From a virus (Duplodnaviria > Heunggongvirae > Uroviricota > Caudoviricetes): 64,000 nucleotides of DNA. The translations under genes and the position numbers were made by a program. The stretch lies in IMG/VR virus record IMGVR_UViG_3300017987_000047; one strand, written 5' to 3'. The notes below the pieces were generated by a model. It did not search any database. It was not told the origin of the DNA and saw nothing but the letters and a program-made list of their open reading frames with translations. Below are positions 46,712 through 56,608 of the stretch, piece by piece. The number at the start of each line of letters is the position of its first letter. Within the stretch, counting starts at the first letter, position 1.

Positions 46712-47565
46712 AAATTACGGTTAACTTAGAAGATTGTATCGATCTAGACCCGGAGGAACAAAACCTGCTTCGGGGTCTTAAATTTCTAGAATCTGTTGAG
46801 ATTGAAATTGATTCTTTTCTTGAACTTATAATCAAGCAAGGTTGGCAAAACCAGTCTATTTTTTCAAAAATTTACAAGAAGTACGCGAAGGATAACCCTA
46901 CTGTTAAAGCGAAATTCCTAAAAGTTCCTACCTTGCCTTATGAAATCTCTCAGGATCTAATTAAAAAGGCAACCATAAAACAAATAGAAGAGAACCTGCC
47001 CTTTCTTGATGGACTGATTTGGACTGCACGTGATCTTGTAAGGGAATTAGTAGAAAGAACTAAAAATAGAACAATTTTGGGAAAAGTTTATGCGGAACTT
47101 CTAAAAGACCCCCAAGCTCTTCAGCTGCGTGCCAGTGTTGTAGCGAAGTATCCAAAGATTGGGCTTACTGATCCAAATCCTTATATAAGGGCTATCGCCC
47201 GAGACACAGCAATAATAGACCAAGACCTTAGCGAGGTTGCAGCAGAAAAGATGTTTCTGTTTTTAAGAGATAAATATCCGAAGTGGATTCTTAATAAAAG
47301 GGAACGGGACAGCAATTTTCAAGTATATTCGGGAAACGTCCATTTCTACTTGCAGTCGGAAAAATTGGATAGTTTTACGTTAAGGTTTTTGATTAATACG
47401 AAAAGGAAAACAAGTATTACTCACCCTAACAAAAGTTCGGAACTTTTCCTCCACAAAAAAAATATAGTTAATGTTTTAAGGGGAAAAATGGTTTGTACCT
47501 TTGCATCATGGGAAGACGATCTGCAATGGTTTATAGATAAATGGAACAGAATCTATATTACCTAG
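46696..47565 (+). CDS. hypothetical 289-aa protein
   Basis: Weak internal PNPYIRAIARD segment. Confidence 0.5.
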   Translation: MEKSMKITVNLEDCIDLDPEEQNLLRGLKFLESVEIEIDSFLELIIKQGWQNQSIFSKIYKKYAKDNPTVKAKFLKVPTLPYEISQDLIKKATIKQIEENLPFLDGLIWTARDLVRELVERTKNRTILGKVYAELLKDPQALQLRASVVAKYPKIGLTDPNPYIRAIARDTAIIDQDLSEVAAEKMFLFLRDKYPKWILNKRERDSNFQVYSGNVHFYLQSEKLDSFTLRFLINTKRKTSITHPNKSSELFLHKKNIVNVLRGKMVCTFASWEDDLQWFIDKWNRIYIT

Positions 47566-47593
47566 ACCAACTGGAAACTTAATTGGATCTGCT

Positions 47594-47944
47594 ATGCTTT
47601 TTTTTCATGGAACCAAACCCGAAAATTGGGAGCGAATACAAGCAGAAGGAGTCTTATGGGGTTGGCCGTGTCCTCGGTGTTATCCAGAAACTCGCGGATG
47701 TAAAAAGCCACAATCCCGAAACGCTTGTCGCTATACCTATTTAACCCCAGACCTTGCTGTTGCTAAAACATATGGATCAATTATATTGGAAGTTGAATAT
47801 GACCCCATAGGGGCAGGAACAGGAATTGATAATTATGGCTTTGACCCTCCCCCCGGACAATATTGCTGGCAATTCTCGGTATTCAAGCCAATTCCTTTAT
47901 CTCAAGTGAAAATCTATGAACTGGGACTAAAATGTACGAGGTAA
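47594..47944 (+). CDS. HGT-motif protein, paralog of 30420..30905
   Basis: MLFFHGTKPENWERIQAEG ... IILEVEY. Confidence 0.35.
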   Translation: MLFFHGTKPENWERIQAEGVLWGWPCPRCYPETRGCKKPQSRNACRYTYLTPDLAVAKTYGSIILEVEYDPIGAGTGIDNYGFDPPPGQYCWQFSVFKPIPLSQVKIYELGLKCTR

Positions 47945-48297
47945 CAATCACTTTTAACAGCTCTCTGCTTTCAGAAACGCTTTTTCTTGAAGAAAAACCG
48001 GAAGAAGATGAATTACTATTAAGAATGCTAGATATGGCATCAGAGGGGGATTATTATCATCCCATAGTGAAAATCATAGAACTTAAGGTGCAGTCCAAAA
48101 AAGAAGGGAGTCTTTCAGGCAGTATAACTATCTACGAGGAAGACGACGATGCCATAGAAAATTGGGATTTCCTGGTTACCGTTGATCCCTGTATTATAGA
48201 GGAACTCAATCCATGTAAAGCTTATCTAACACATAGAGATGTAAAAATTAGGGAAATAGCAAGGCAGGCAATAAAAAATGGCACAACCCTTAGCTGA
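47932..48297 (+). CDS. LTH-tail family protein (YLTHRDVKIREIARQAIKNG)
   Basis: 121 aa. Confidence 0.55.
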   Translation: MYEVTITFNSSLLSETLFLEEKPEEDELLLRMLDMASEGDYYHPIVKIIELKVQSKKEGSLSGSITIYEEDDDAIENWDFLVTVDPCIIEELNPCKAYLTHRDVKIREIARQAIKNGTTLS

Positions 48298-48610
48298 TAT
48301 ACTCACAAATAAAGATAGAAGTATACGTAACTTTGCGAAGCGTATATTGTCCTATACCGAATTCGGATTTGAGATTGGAAAACTCGCTAAAGGGACTTCT
48401 ATTCATGCTGTTGTAACAAGAGATTATGCTTATGTGGTCTACCCCCGATACTTTGTTGATACCTGGAAGATAGAAATTCAAAAGGGTGGAAAAGTTGTTT
48501 GGGATGCGTTTGGGAATCAAGAAACTAAAGATGTTTTTAAGGCGCTTGATGAGTTAACTTGGGAATTTGAGGGGATCGAATTCCATCGATTCATATATAA
48601 CTATATCTAA
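48278..48610 (+). CDS. LTH-motif family protein, motif N-terminal (ILTNKDRSIRNFAKRIL)
   Basis: 110 aa. Confidence 0.5.
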   Translation: MAQPLADILTNKDRSIRNFAKRILSYTEFGFEIGKLAKGTSIHAVVTRDYAYVVYPRYFVDTWKIEIQKGGKVVWDAFGNQETKDVFKALDELTWEFEGIEFHRFIYNYI

Positions 48611-48620
48611 GGAGAAAGCA

Positions 48621-48914
48621 ATGGAAGCCCCTAAAGAAAAATTTGAAAGACTTGCGAGCGTCTGGGAAGAAAGAACTCAGTTTCTTAGTGATGGAGGAAC
48701 CCAAGATCCGCTTTATAAAGAAATAACGGAGATGGGCGAAGACGTTGTCCCCTTAATGTTACAAGATTTTGTTCATGGGCGGTACCGACACTGGTTCAAG
48801 GCGCTTTATGACATCACAAAGGAATCCCCGATTACCAACGATATAAGGGGAAGAGTGAAGCTAATGGCGAAAGCCTGGATTGCGTGGGGAAAAGAAAAAG
48901 GGTACCTTTCATGA
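48621..48914 (+). CDS. hypothetical protein
   Basis: AAGGAG RBS; ATGA overlap downstream. Confidence 0.5.
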   Translation: MEAPKEKFERLASVWEERTQFLSDGGTQDPLYKEITEMGEDVVPLMLQDFVHGRYRHWFKALYDITKESPITNDIRGRVKLMAKAWIAWGKEKGYLS

Positions 48915-49261
48915 AATTTTATTGTGTACAAATAGAATTACAATATAACCGAGTTCGGGAATATCTCCTTGATTCCCCACCAACAGACGAAAAATTAAAA
49001 ATGTTGTTCCTTGAAGCAATTCTAAGAGACCCCTTTGACCTAGAGTGTTTGAGAAGGAATCCCCTATACCCACATTGGGAAAACATTATCATTATAGGGA
49101 GAAACCCTAAAGAGCGTGGGGAGTTTGAAGCGATTAGGGACAAATCCCCCGGAACGGTCATTGCAAGTTTCAGGATTCAAGCACTCGAACCGTATAAGGA
49201 AAAAATAGAGAGGTTTCTTACCCATAAAGAGCCCTTCGTCCGAAAGGTAGCAAGACAATGA
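48911..49261 (+). CDS. LTH-tail family protein (FLTHKEPFVRKVARQ)
   Basis: 116 aa. Confidence 0.55.
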   Translation: MKFYCVQIELQYNRVREYLLDSPPTDEKLKMLFLEAILRDPFDLECLRRNPLYPHWENIIIIGRNPKERGEFEAIRDKSPGTVIASFRIQALEPYKEKIERFLTHKEPFVRKVARQ

Positions 49262-49420
49262 TCGGATTGGATGAAAAAACTTTAATTAAGCGGGCAAAAA
49301 CCCTATTGCCTTTACGTCCGCACCTTCATTTATACACCCGAACATCTTAACGGGGATCCGGAAGAAAATAATCCTACCCCTTGGTTTTATTTTGAGAGGA
49401 TTCCATCTCCCGAAGAACTT

Positions 49421-49795
49421 ATGGCCTTTTGTCTCCAGCATGATCTTTTTGGATTTAAGGATAATTATGGTCGAATCGAAAACGTTTTTGTTATAACCTA
49501 CAAGACCCATAACGAGATCAGAAGCCAAATACTGAAAGCATATGAAAACCTAACAGGGGAAAGGCCAGCTTTCCAATTCTGCTGCATGCCTTATAAAGAA
49601 AACGATTATGGGATATTTTTGCTTAAGGACGAGTATGGGGAAATCAGCATTGATTACCGTTTTTTAAGGGTCAAACAATTAGAAAACTGGCAATATAAAA
49701 GCAGTAAGGAGTTGCAAGCTTCTAACCCAAAACAGTTTTTAACTGACGAAAATCAGCTAATTCGAAAACTTATAAAGGGCGTCTTAGGTGCCTAA
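49421..49795 (+). CDS. LTH-tail family protein (FLTDENQLIRKLIKGVLGA)
   Basis: 124 aa. Confidence 0.55.
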   Translation: MAFCLQHDLFGFKDNYGRIENVFVITYKTHNEIRSQILKAYENLTGERPAFQFCCMPYKENDYGIFLLKDEYGEISIDYRFLRVKQLENWQYKSSKELQASNPKQFLTDENQLIRKLIKGVLGA

Positions 49796-49888
49796 GAATA
49801 ATTCTTTAGTTTTCCTACGTTAAACCTTGGGTTTTCATATTATAAAGGATACCCCAAATTAGGGTTTAAGGGTCCCCAATAAGAGGAG

Positions 49889-50137
49889 ATGAAAGTGGAC
49901 AAGCTCACCAAATACTATGATCTGGCAGACGGGCTTCATGAAGAGATCACTCAGGCGGAGCTTAACCAGGTGGGCTCAATGTCGCAGGAAATCCATATGT
50001 TGAAGCACCGCTTCTGTGTCGCAGTTGTCCTATGGATCACGGAACTCAAAGAGTCGGACGATCCATGGGAAATGCTGCAGAAGGCAAACCCCGATCCGGA
50101 TATGTATGTCAAATGCCGCACGGCAATGTACTCCTAA
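49889..50137 (+). CDS. hypothetical protein
   Basis: 82 aa. Confidence 0.4.
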   Translation: MKVDKLTKYYDLADGLHEEITQAELNQVGSMSQEIHMLKHRFCVAVVLWITELKESDDPWEMLQKANPDPDMYVKCRTAMYS

Positions 50138-50159
50138 CCACACTAGCCCTTAATTTAAT

Positions 50160-50498
50160 ATGCAGTGGGAAACGATTCAAGATAAGCTTGTTAGAGCAAC
50201 CCCTGGACTTGTCTCATGCCTTATTCAGGAAGATGACGGGAATTTGGTCTGGACCGGGCAGTTTGATACTGCCGACAAGGCAATCTCCTTTTTGAAAAAA
50301 CAGATCGAGGAAGATCTTGATTTTGAAAAGCTTGTAAAAGAGTGGGAGTTGGTTGGGCTTGATGGAGATTGGCCCGATTGGTATGAGGCCGCTTTCGGTA
50401 CATGTTTTCTTGAATCACATTATCTTGATGACCTTGACCTCTACGAGGTTGTCTGGATTGATGGGACACCCCAAGATTTTATGGGGGCGGCCGAATGA
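50160..50498 (+). CDS. hypothetical acidic protein
   Basis: 112 aa. Confidence 0.45.
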   Translation: MQWETIQDKLVRATPGLVSCLIQEDDGNLVWTGQFDTADKAISFLKKQIEEDLDFEKLVKEWELVGLDGDWPDWYEAAFGTCFLESHYLDDLDLYEVVWIDGTPQDFMGAAE

Positions 50499-50824
50499 GA
50501 AAATACGAGCCTCCCCGAATTATTGAATACGCGGAGCTGTTAAAGAAAGCGACGAATAAGGTCGAAGAACTATCCGCAAGGATTTCGATACTTCCGTTGC
50601 CTGTCCCGGAGCTCCGCGATATCTCAATCGACCGAATCACGCCGTTTGCCGCACCACGCGTATTTCCCCTCTTGGAAGACTATTTGAAGTCCTTTGTAGT
50701 GGTAGACGCCAACGAAGGGCGACCGCCTAAAAAGAAAAAGGGACATATAAAGAAAAAGAAGAAGAAACTAGAGGCGAAACCAAAACTAGACGGGAAAGCA
50801 GCAAACCGAAAGAAAAGAAAATGA
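50495..50824 (+). CDS. hypothetical protein with poly-Lys C-terminus
   Basis: 109 aa ...KKKKGHIKKKKKKLEAKPK. Confidence 0.45.
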   Translation: MRKYEPPRIIEYAELLKKATNKVEELSARISILPLPVPELRDISIDRITPFAAPRVFPLLEDYLKSFVVVDANEGRPPKKKKGHIKKKKKKLEAKPKLDGKAANRKKRK

Positions 50825-51048
50825 TTTATTCCTTAACCTTCCACACACGGATCCTGGAGCAAATCGTTTATGCCCAGGCGAGCTCTAGGGACGAAGCGAA
50901 GGCAAAGGCGGTACACAAGGTCGAAAAAGTATTCATCCTTATAAAATGTACCGCCCTAGCAGACAACCTTGATGAACTGGACCCGGAAGAAAGAGCCCTA
51001 TTCGACACGGATGGGGTTGCAGTTTTTGCCCCCGAGGCGCTACGTTAG
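50821..51048 (+). CDS. hypothetical protein
   Basis: 75 aa. Confidence 0.4.
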   Translation: MIYSLTFHTRILEQIVYAQASSRDEAKAKAVHKVEKVFILIKCTALADNLDELDPEERALFDTDGVAVFAPEALR

Positions 51049-51059
51049 AAAGAACTAAG

Positions 51060-51344
51060 ATGACAGTACAAAAAATAGTTTACGTAGACCCCGAGACCTT
51101 TATGGCGCACAAGGGAGTTGTTGTCTACCATTGTTACAAAGACGATATGGTCAATTCTGGGGAAAGGACCTATATTTACACCGTTGATAAGGAAAATGGT
51201 GGGGACAGCCACAATTCCTTTGATGTGCGGAACCTTCCTTATTTTAAGGGCCATGGCGCTCAGTTTGGTCTGGAACTTTCAGAAATCCGGATGGCGATCC
51301 GCGACGCGATCGATAAAGGGATTGATTTATTGAAAGTACGTTAG
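51060..51344 (+). CDS. hypothetical protein
   Basis: 94 aa. Confidence 0.45.
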   Translation: MTVQKIVYVDPETFMAHKGVVVYHCYKDDMVNSGERTYIYTVDKENGGDSHNSFDVRNLPYFKGHGAQFGLELSEIRMAIRDAIDKGIDLLKVR

Positions 51345-51418
51345 GATTAACCTAAAAGAATCTCTCATATAACAAAAGGATTTCACTATATAATAATTAA
51401 CCCAAGTCTGGGGCCTCT

Positions 51419-51775
51419 TTGTTTCCTTCGGAGAAATGCATGCATCACATCGGGCACTACATCCAAGCAGAGGTTCGTGAATTGATCAGTTTCGAAGCGC
51501 GGACGGCGGAGAGGGTAGCTCACGAAGTAATAACCCGGTATGGGGGTTATTTTCATGCTGCTGTGGATACATTTTTCGAAGAGCAGGGTCGCGACCCAGA
51601 AGAAGCATTGGGCCAAGAAGTGCGCGAAGCACAGATAACGGTTCGAAAAGAATGGGAAAATAAGATCCTCAACAACCCTTCACTGACAATTCTTTATGAT
51701 GGTGGAAATGACCAAGTACTCGCTGTCGGAGCAGACCTAGCCAAAGTTAGCGGCACTCTTCCAGCAGAGATCTAA
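51419..51775 (+). CDS. hypothetical protein
   Basis: 118 aa. Confidence 0.45.
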   Translation: MFPSEKCMHHIGHYIQAEVRELISFEARTAERVAHEVITRYGGYFHAAVDTFFEEQGRDPEEALGQEVREAQITVRKEWENKILNNPSLTILYDGGNDQVLAVGADLAKVSGTLPAEI

Positions 51776-51869
51776 AGTATAAAAGAAAAAGAGTTGTGAC
51801 CCAGCTCTTTTTCGCCCATGATATATAATCAGCGAGAGAAACAGGCTTACCAAGGTTTTTAGGCCAAAA

Positions 51870-52262
51870 ATGGAAAACGGTAGAGAAAGAAGATATAGGG
51901 TAATTGCTAGAGACTTAGAGGGTCTTTATAGTTATAATTATCTACGGACACACGAGCATAGTGTCGTTTATTTATGTGAAAGATATTTTCTTATTTTTAA
52001 CCTAAGCCTAAAATTCCGTCCTGCTGGATATCCAACTTGGTTCAAGCTAACTTACTATATTGGAAAAATCTTTCAACACCCACTGATAAACCCATATCCC
52101 TTTTTCGATAAACATCTTAAAAGATGGGGGTACCAAGGGCTAAAACGGATTAGGGCAGAAAGCTTATTAACAGCAAAATGCCTCCAAAGGCGTCGTTGGG
52201 CGAAAACCTATATCAGGACAAACGACCCTCTTGGACTTTTAGGGACAGGGGAAGGCGAATGA
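51870..52262 (+). CDS. LTH-tail family protein (LLTAKCLQRRRWAKTYIRTN)
   Basis: 130 aa. Confidence 0.5.
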   Translation: MENGRERRYRVIARDLEGLYSYNYLRTHEHSVVYLCERYFLIFNLSLKFRPAGYPTWFKLTYYIGKIFQHPLINPYPFFDKHLKRWGYQGLKRIRAESLLTAKCLQRRRWAKTYIRTNDPLGLLGTGEGE

Positions 52263-52921
52263 TTTACGATGCTAGCTATAAATTTAGTCCCGTAGAAGAG
52301 CTTTATATCTATTTTCTAGAAGATTATTGCTTTGTGCTCTATTGCGATTCTTCTAGCAACCCAGGGAAACCAGCGGTTATTATAGAGGCTGCAAAAAATA
52401 AAGACTATAAAGGGCGGATGGAGGAATGGTCGTATGTTGAATTTCATCTAAATTGGTATTCGATTATACGGGAGTATTGCGAGAAGGAGAAGCCAAAACA
52501 GGTAAATATAAAGAAACTCTTAACCCATAGAACTTGCCTACGGGAATTTGCTAAACATGCTATAAGAGGCACACTTATTACCGAAACTCTTGGGGAAGAT
52601 CTGAAGTATTATGATAATGGTAGAATTTCGCATAACTCCTATTCTATTCGAGAAAGACTTGTGGTTGTTTTACCAATGCCGATTGAATCTGAAATACTGA
52701 GAGCTGCGAAAAAAATCACAAAACGTGTTAAAGTAGAGGACTATGATCTTAGATTTGTAGGGGTAGCCCAGAAATGGGAAAGAATATTGCTTAAAGCAAA
52801 ATGTCCTCATTTTAGCATAAGAAAGAAAGTTATGTTTGCGACAAGGCACTTAAAAGAATTAGCTATTGAACTAAATATTCCTCTATCAAAAATGCCAATT
52901 CGCCATGCAGATTACAAATAA
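52259..52921 (+). CDS. LTH-motif family protein, motif internal (LLTHRTCLREFAKHAIRG)
   Basis: ATG 52259 in ATGA overlap. Confidence 0.5.
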   Translation: MIYDASYKFSPVEELYIYFLEDYCFVLYCDSSSNPGKPAVIIEAAKNKDYKGRMEEWSYVEFHLNWYSIIREYCEKEKPKQVNIKKLLTHRTCLREFAKHAIRGTLITETLGEDLKYYDNGRISHNSYSIRERLVVVLPMPIESEILRAAKKITKRVKVEDYDLRFVGVAQKWERILLKAKCPHFSIRKKVMFATRHLKELAIELNIPLSKMPIRHADYK

Positions 52922-53219
52922 ACTTTGGTTAGTTACCGAAACTTACGAATCCTACGGTAACGGGATAAAAGATGAGTACTTTGTCTATCTCACAGACAAT
53001 TGTGCCTTTATGATTACTGACGTAGTTGAAGATTCTCAAAATTATAAGAGCTGGTACGAAGGGATTAGGACTTTTCTTTTGACTGGGAAAGATTGCGAAA
53101 GCAATGATTATAGCTACAAAGAAATGCCCCTTCAACTACTTTTTACTCACAACTTTTCTGTTGTTCGGGACTGGGCCAAGTTTTACCTAAAAAAAGAAAA
53201 AAGCGAACTTAGGCAATAA
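52905..53219 (+). CDS. LTH-tail family protein (LLFTHNFSVVRDWAKFYLKKE)
   Basis: 104 aa. Confidence 0.55.
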   Translation: MQITNKLWLVTETYESYGNGIKDEYFVYLTDNCAFMITDVVEDSQNYKSWYEGIRTFLLTGKDCESNDYSYKEMPLQLLFTHNFSVVRDWAKFYLKKEKSELRQ

Positions 53220-53222
53220 ACA

Positions 53223-53615
53223 ATGAAAAGAGAAGATTTTAATAAGAAACTAAAGACTTTTGGACGGGGAAAAATCTATTTCATTAAGCTACACCCTTCC
53301 CGAGAAAGGTACCCAGACTCTTTTCAAAACTATTTTCTTTTCACTTACCGAAGTGGCTACAGGCTAGTCCGAGGACACTTCCTTTCCTATCATGGTTTTG
53401 AATTTCCATGGCAAATTCAAAATTATAAAGATATTAAATTTATAGTTGAAGTGGATATAGAATATATTCTTCGGCAAGACACTTGGGAAAAGAAAACGGC
53501 AATCGCAAATCTATCAAAGCCCAAGTTACTAACACATCAAAACCAGTTTTTACGAAAAACTGCGAAAGAAACACAGGCTAGATTAAAAGAGTTGAAAGGC
53601 ATTAAAAATGATTAA
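53223..53615 (+). CDS. LTH-tail family protein (LLTHQNQFLRKTAKETQARL)
   Basis: 130 aa. Confidence 0.55.
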   Translation: MKREDFNKKLKTFGRGKIYFIKLHPSRERYPDSFQNYFLFTYRSGYRLVRGHFLSYHGFEFPWQIQNYKDIKFIVEVDIEYILRQDTWEKKTAIANLSKPKLLTHQNQFLRKTAKETQARLKELKGIKND

Positions 53616-53817
53616 GGATTCGAAAAGGCTAAAGGAGGACCTAGAAGCATACTATAGCTTAGTGGAAAAGCTAAAGGGAGAGAAGAGTTCACTTCGCCGC
53701 ACTTTGTTCAATATTCTCAGCGCATCAGGTACTATTAAGGACCAAAAGGTGCGAGAAATAATTTATGAAGAGATCGATAAAGCAATCAAGGCAACCGAGC
53801 CTAAAGAAGAATTCTAA
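53608..53817 (+). CDS. hypothetical protein
   Basis: 69 aa. Confidence 0.4.
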   Translation: MIKDSKRLKEDLEAYYSLVEKLKGEKSSLRRTLFNILSASGTIKDQKVREIIYEEIDKAIKATEPKEEF

Positions 53818-53843
53818 ACATACCTAGATTAAAGAGATGAAAA

Positions 53844-54185
53844 ATGGGTATTTGGATAGCTACTGTCTCTTCTACTCTGCTAGAATCCACACTCGGCGTA
53901 TCACAGATTTTTAATATCCCTCCCACCGAAGAGGAACTATGGTTGTGGGCCTTAGGTAGAATTAGTGGTATGGGATGTATTATTGAAAAAATTAACCCCG
54001 AAAATGGAACTGCGCAAAATACCATGTTTAGGGTTTGGGTAAAAGGTAGTGAAAAGTGTTTTTGGGTTTTTATGGCATGTAAAGAAGCAGAAATAAAAAC
54101 CCCACGATCTATAGAGGCAAGCCTCACTCACGAAGATCTCTTTATCCGTAGATTTGCGAAGCTCTTAAACAAAGACGAAGAATAA
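53844..54185 (+). CDS. LTH-tail family protein (SLTHEDLFIRRFAKLLNKDEE)
   Basis: 113 aa. Confidence 0.55.
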   Translation: MGIWIATVSSTLLESTLGVSQIFNIPPTEEELWLWALGRISGMGCIIEKINPENGTAQNTMFRVWVKGSEKCFWVFMACKEAEIKTPRSIEASLTHEDLFIRRFAKLLNKDEE

Positions 54186-54538
54186 TGTACCAGGTAGTTG
54201 TTGGCGGTGCGCTTGATGGTGCCCCGCAAGAAAAAACTATAGTTGCAACAAAGCCTACTAGGGATATGGTGGCCTTGTTATGTCTTGATTGGGTCCAGAG
54301 GGACGACTTGTGTGATGGCGATGCGATAGTTGGGGTTAAAGAGATTAGGGTGGCGGGAAATAACTTTATAATTCTAGTACAGCTAAGATCCGAGGCGATG
54401 GGTTTAGAGCTTGCGTATTATAAAGTTGAAGTAGAAGAAATAGAAGCCTTTAAGATAGAGCCCTATCTAACACACAAAGTTGAGGCAATTCGTAAGCTCG
54501 CTAAAAGGATACGGGAAGCAGATGAAAAGGGAATTTAA
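54185..54538 (+). CDS. LTH-tail family protein (YLTHKVEAIRKLAKRIREA)
   Basis: 117 aa. Confidence 0.55.
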   Translation: MYQVVVGGALDGAPQEKTIVATKPTRDMVALLCLDWVQRDDLCDGDAIVGVKEIRVAGNNFIILVQLRSEAMGLELAYYKVEVEEIEAFKIEPYLTHKVEAIRKLAKRIREADEKGI

Positions 54539-54938
54539 TTATTGTCTAAGTGTCCCAGGACTTAAGATAAAGGTCTTCTTCTCAAGGAGACTTGATAGGG
54601 ACGAACTGGAATTGTTTATTCTTGGTCATGCCTATAAGTATTACGAAAAGCTAGGTTTAAGAATAAAAAACCCAAGGTTTTGTATAGAAGGCTACCCAAG
54701 AAAAGATACTCTATATTTTGAGATACCAGATGCCAAAAAGTTTATTGCTTCTAAGTATGAGGTATTTGCTGTTAGGAATAAGGATGAAGAAATAACCCCG
54801 ATACCATTGCCAACAGAATTCTTAACACATGGATGTAAAGAAATAAGAGACCGCGCTAAGCTTATGCTTCAGTGGGCCCCCGAGTTGAGAAGAAGGCGCG
54901 AACTTTTTGGTGGTTATTTTAGCCCCAGGAATTGTTAA
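54522..54938 (+). CDS. LTH-tail family protein (FLTHGCKEIRDRAKLMLQWAP)
   Basis: ATG 54522. Confidence 0.5.
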   Translation: MKREFNYCLSVPGLKIKVFFSRRLDRDELELFILGHAYKYYEKLGLRIKNPRFCIEGYPRKDTLYFEIPDAKKFIASKYEVFAVRNKDEEITPIPLPTEFLTHGCKEIRDRAKLMLQWAPELRRRRELFGGYFSPRNC

Positions 54939-54939
54939 A

Positions 54940-55290
54940 ATGAAACCTTGGTGTATTCGCTTTTTTGAAATCGGAAAGTACCCACTCTTGTCCGATTTCA
55001 CCCGAATTATTGCAAAAAAACCAACACCAGAGGAGCTGCTACTTTGGGTAGTAGAGCAAGTACGATTGAAAAAACTGCTTATTGATTATGCAAGCATAGA
55101 GAAAGCTAAAAAGGATGGCACTTTTAAGATTTGGATTCAAATAAAAGGTCTCTCTCATCCTTCTGGTTTTTCAGTAAACTTAGAAGAAGTAACAATAGAC
55201 ACATTTAGCCCTGTTGAGTCCTATCTTACTAACACAGACCCTTATGTTAGGGCACAGGCGAAAAAATGTATTAACAGATGGAGAAATTGA
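54940..55290 (+). CDS. LTH-tail family protein (YLTNTDPYVRAQAKKCINRW)
   Basis: ATG 54940 right after upstream stop. Confidence 0.5.
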   Translation: MKPWCIRFFEIGKYPLLSDFTRIIAKKPTPEELLLWVVEQVRLKKLLIDYASIEKAKKDGTFKIWIQIKGLSHPSGFSVNLEEVTIDTFSPVESYLTNTDPYVRAQAKKCINRWRN

Positions 55291-55745
55291 GAATGCTAAA
55301 GTGCCCTGAATATTATATTGATAGCTTGATTAGTCACTACTTGATTAGGGTCTTTATTGGTGCCTATCATTCGGATAATATACTTATGGTAGAAGGTAGC
55401 ACTGAACAGCTCCCACCAATAGGAGAAGCCCATTTGTGGGGTTTAAAATTGACAATACAAACAGTGCTTGTCGTAAAATATCTGGGTACCCAGATAGAGG
55501 AAGATATGCCTCTCGTAAAAGACCCCGTATGCTATTATAGAAACATCGTTAGCAATTTCGAGGTCAAGCATGATCCGCGAGACTGGTTTTTTAGATTAGA
55601 GTGGTTACCCGTTGTGGGAGGGCAGGCTCCAACAAAAATTAGTTTTCCCCGAATAGAAGAATACCTTACACATGAAAGTCCAATAATTAGGAAAGTTGCT
55701 AAAGAATATCAAGTAAGGAATAAATATGGGTTGTTTAACACATAA
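55278..55745 (+). CDS. LTH-tail family protein (YLTHESPIIRKVAKEYQVRN)
   Basis: 155 aa. Confidence 0.55.
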   Translation: MEKLRMLKCPEYYIDSLISHYLIRVFIGAYHSDNILMVEGSTEQLPPIGEAHLWGLKLTIQTVLVVKYLGTQIEEDMPLVKDPVCYYRNIVSNFEVKHDPRDWFFRLEWLPVVGGQAPTKISFPRIEEYLTHESPIIRKVAKEYQVRNKYGLFNT

Positions 55746-55908
55746 AATAACAATAGAGTTGTCAGCAGATTTTGAAAAGCATTTTAAAAATTGGGGCGTT
55801 TTTACAAAATCGATTCAAACCCCGACACCCCCCAAAAATAATAAGGTTGAGGTTACGCTTGAGGTAGACAACACGAATCTCAAAAACTTGATTAAGAATT
55901 TAAGATGA
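55726..55908 (+). CDS. hypothetical small protein
   Basis: 60 aa. Confidence 0.35.
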   Translation: MGCLTHKITIELSADFEKHFKNWGVFTKSIQTPTPPKNNKVEVTLEVDNTNLKNLIKNLR

Positions 55909-56267
55909 AATACCTTCTATCACTTGGAACTTCTTGGCATTCCTCTCTTAAATGGAATATTCTTTATCAAGAAAAACCTTCTAAGGATGAGGTACTTGCC
56001 GCATGCCTTAAGTTTGTAGATTCCTTGGCAAAAGAAGATAAGGAGTTGAAAAAAAGTATTAAAGAAAAACCTTCCTTTGAGATACTAGGAAGATCATACT
56101 CTGATGGGACAATTGTTTTTTATGGGACAGGAAGTTTTTGGTGGAGTGTCTCAGAAATTAAGTTCTCCGAACACAAGCTTGAATCCCTCCTAACTTCGGA
56201 TCTTCCCTGCTTGCGAGACTATGCAAAGAAAAACCTTGAGCGGAAGAAAATGACAAATGAATATTAA
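55905..56267 (+). CDS. LTH-tail family protein (LLTSDLPCLRDYAKKNLERKK)
   Basis: 120 aa. Confidence 0.55.
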   Translation: MKYLLSLGTSWHSSLKWNILYQEKPSKDEVLAACLKFVDSLAKEDKELKKSIKEKPSFEILGRSYSDGTIVFYGTGSFWWSVSEIKFSEHKLESLLTSDLPCLRDYAKKNLERKKMTNEY

Positions 56268-56604
56268 AAAATTCTTAACAGATAAGCATCCTGAAAAACG
56301 AAAGCTAGCAAAACTTATAATCGGGCTTATTAATGATCATGGGTTTAGGGTTCTCAGAAATACAATAACAGATGAGATCCAAACCACTTTAACTAAGGAC
56401 GAAAATCCCTTAACGATAGAACTTCGTCTTGGGTGGGCTAAAAGCAGTCGATTATTACGGGGCTTCTCCTGTGAAAAACCAAACATGAAAGTTTCTTTAT
56501 TTAAGAACGGATACTATATTGGAGGCTCCGAAAGAGCCTATGGAAAGGTGAAAGAAATAGAAGAAGCCCTTGAAGAAGAAACTTGGTTTTCATTAATTTG
56601 TTAG
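56257..56604 (+). CDS. LTH-motif family protein, motif N-terminal (FLTDKHPEKRKLAKLIIG)
   Basis: 115 aa. Confidence 0.5.
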   Translation: MNIKKFLTDKHPEKRKLAKLIIGLINDHGFRVLRNTITDEIQTTLTKDENPLTIELRLGWAKSSRLLRGFSCEKPNMKVSLFKNGYYIGGSERAYGKVKEIEEALEEETWFSLIC

Positions 56605-56608
56605 TTGG

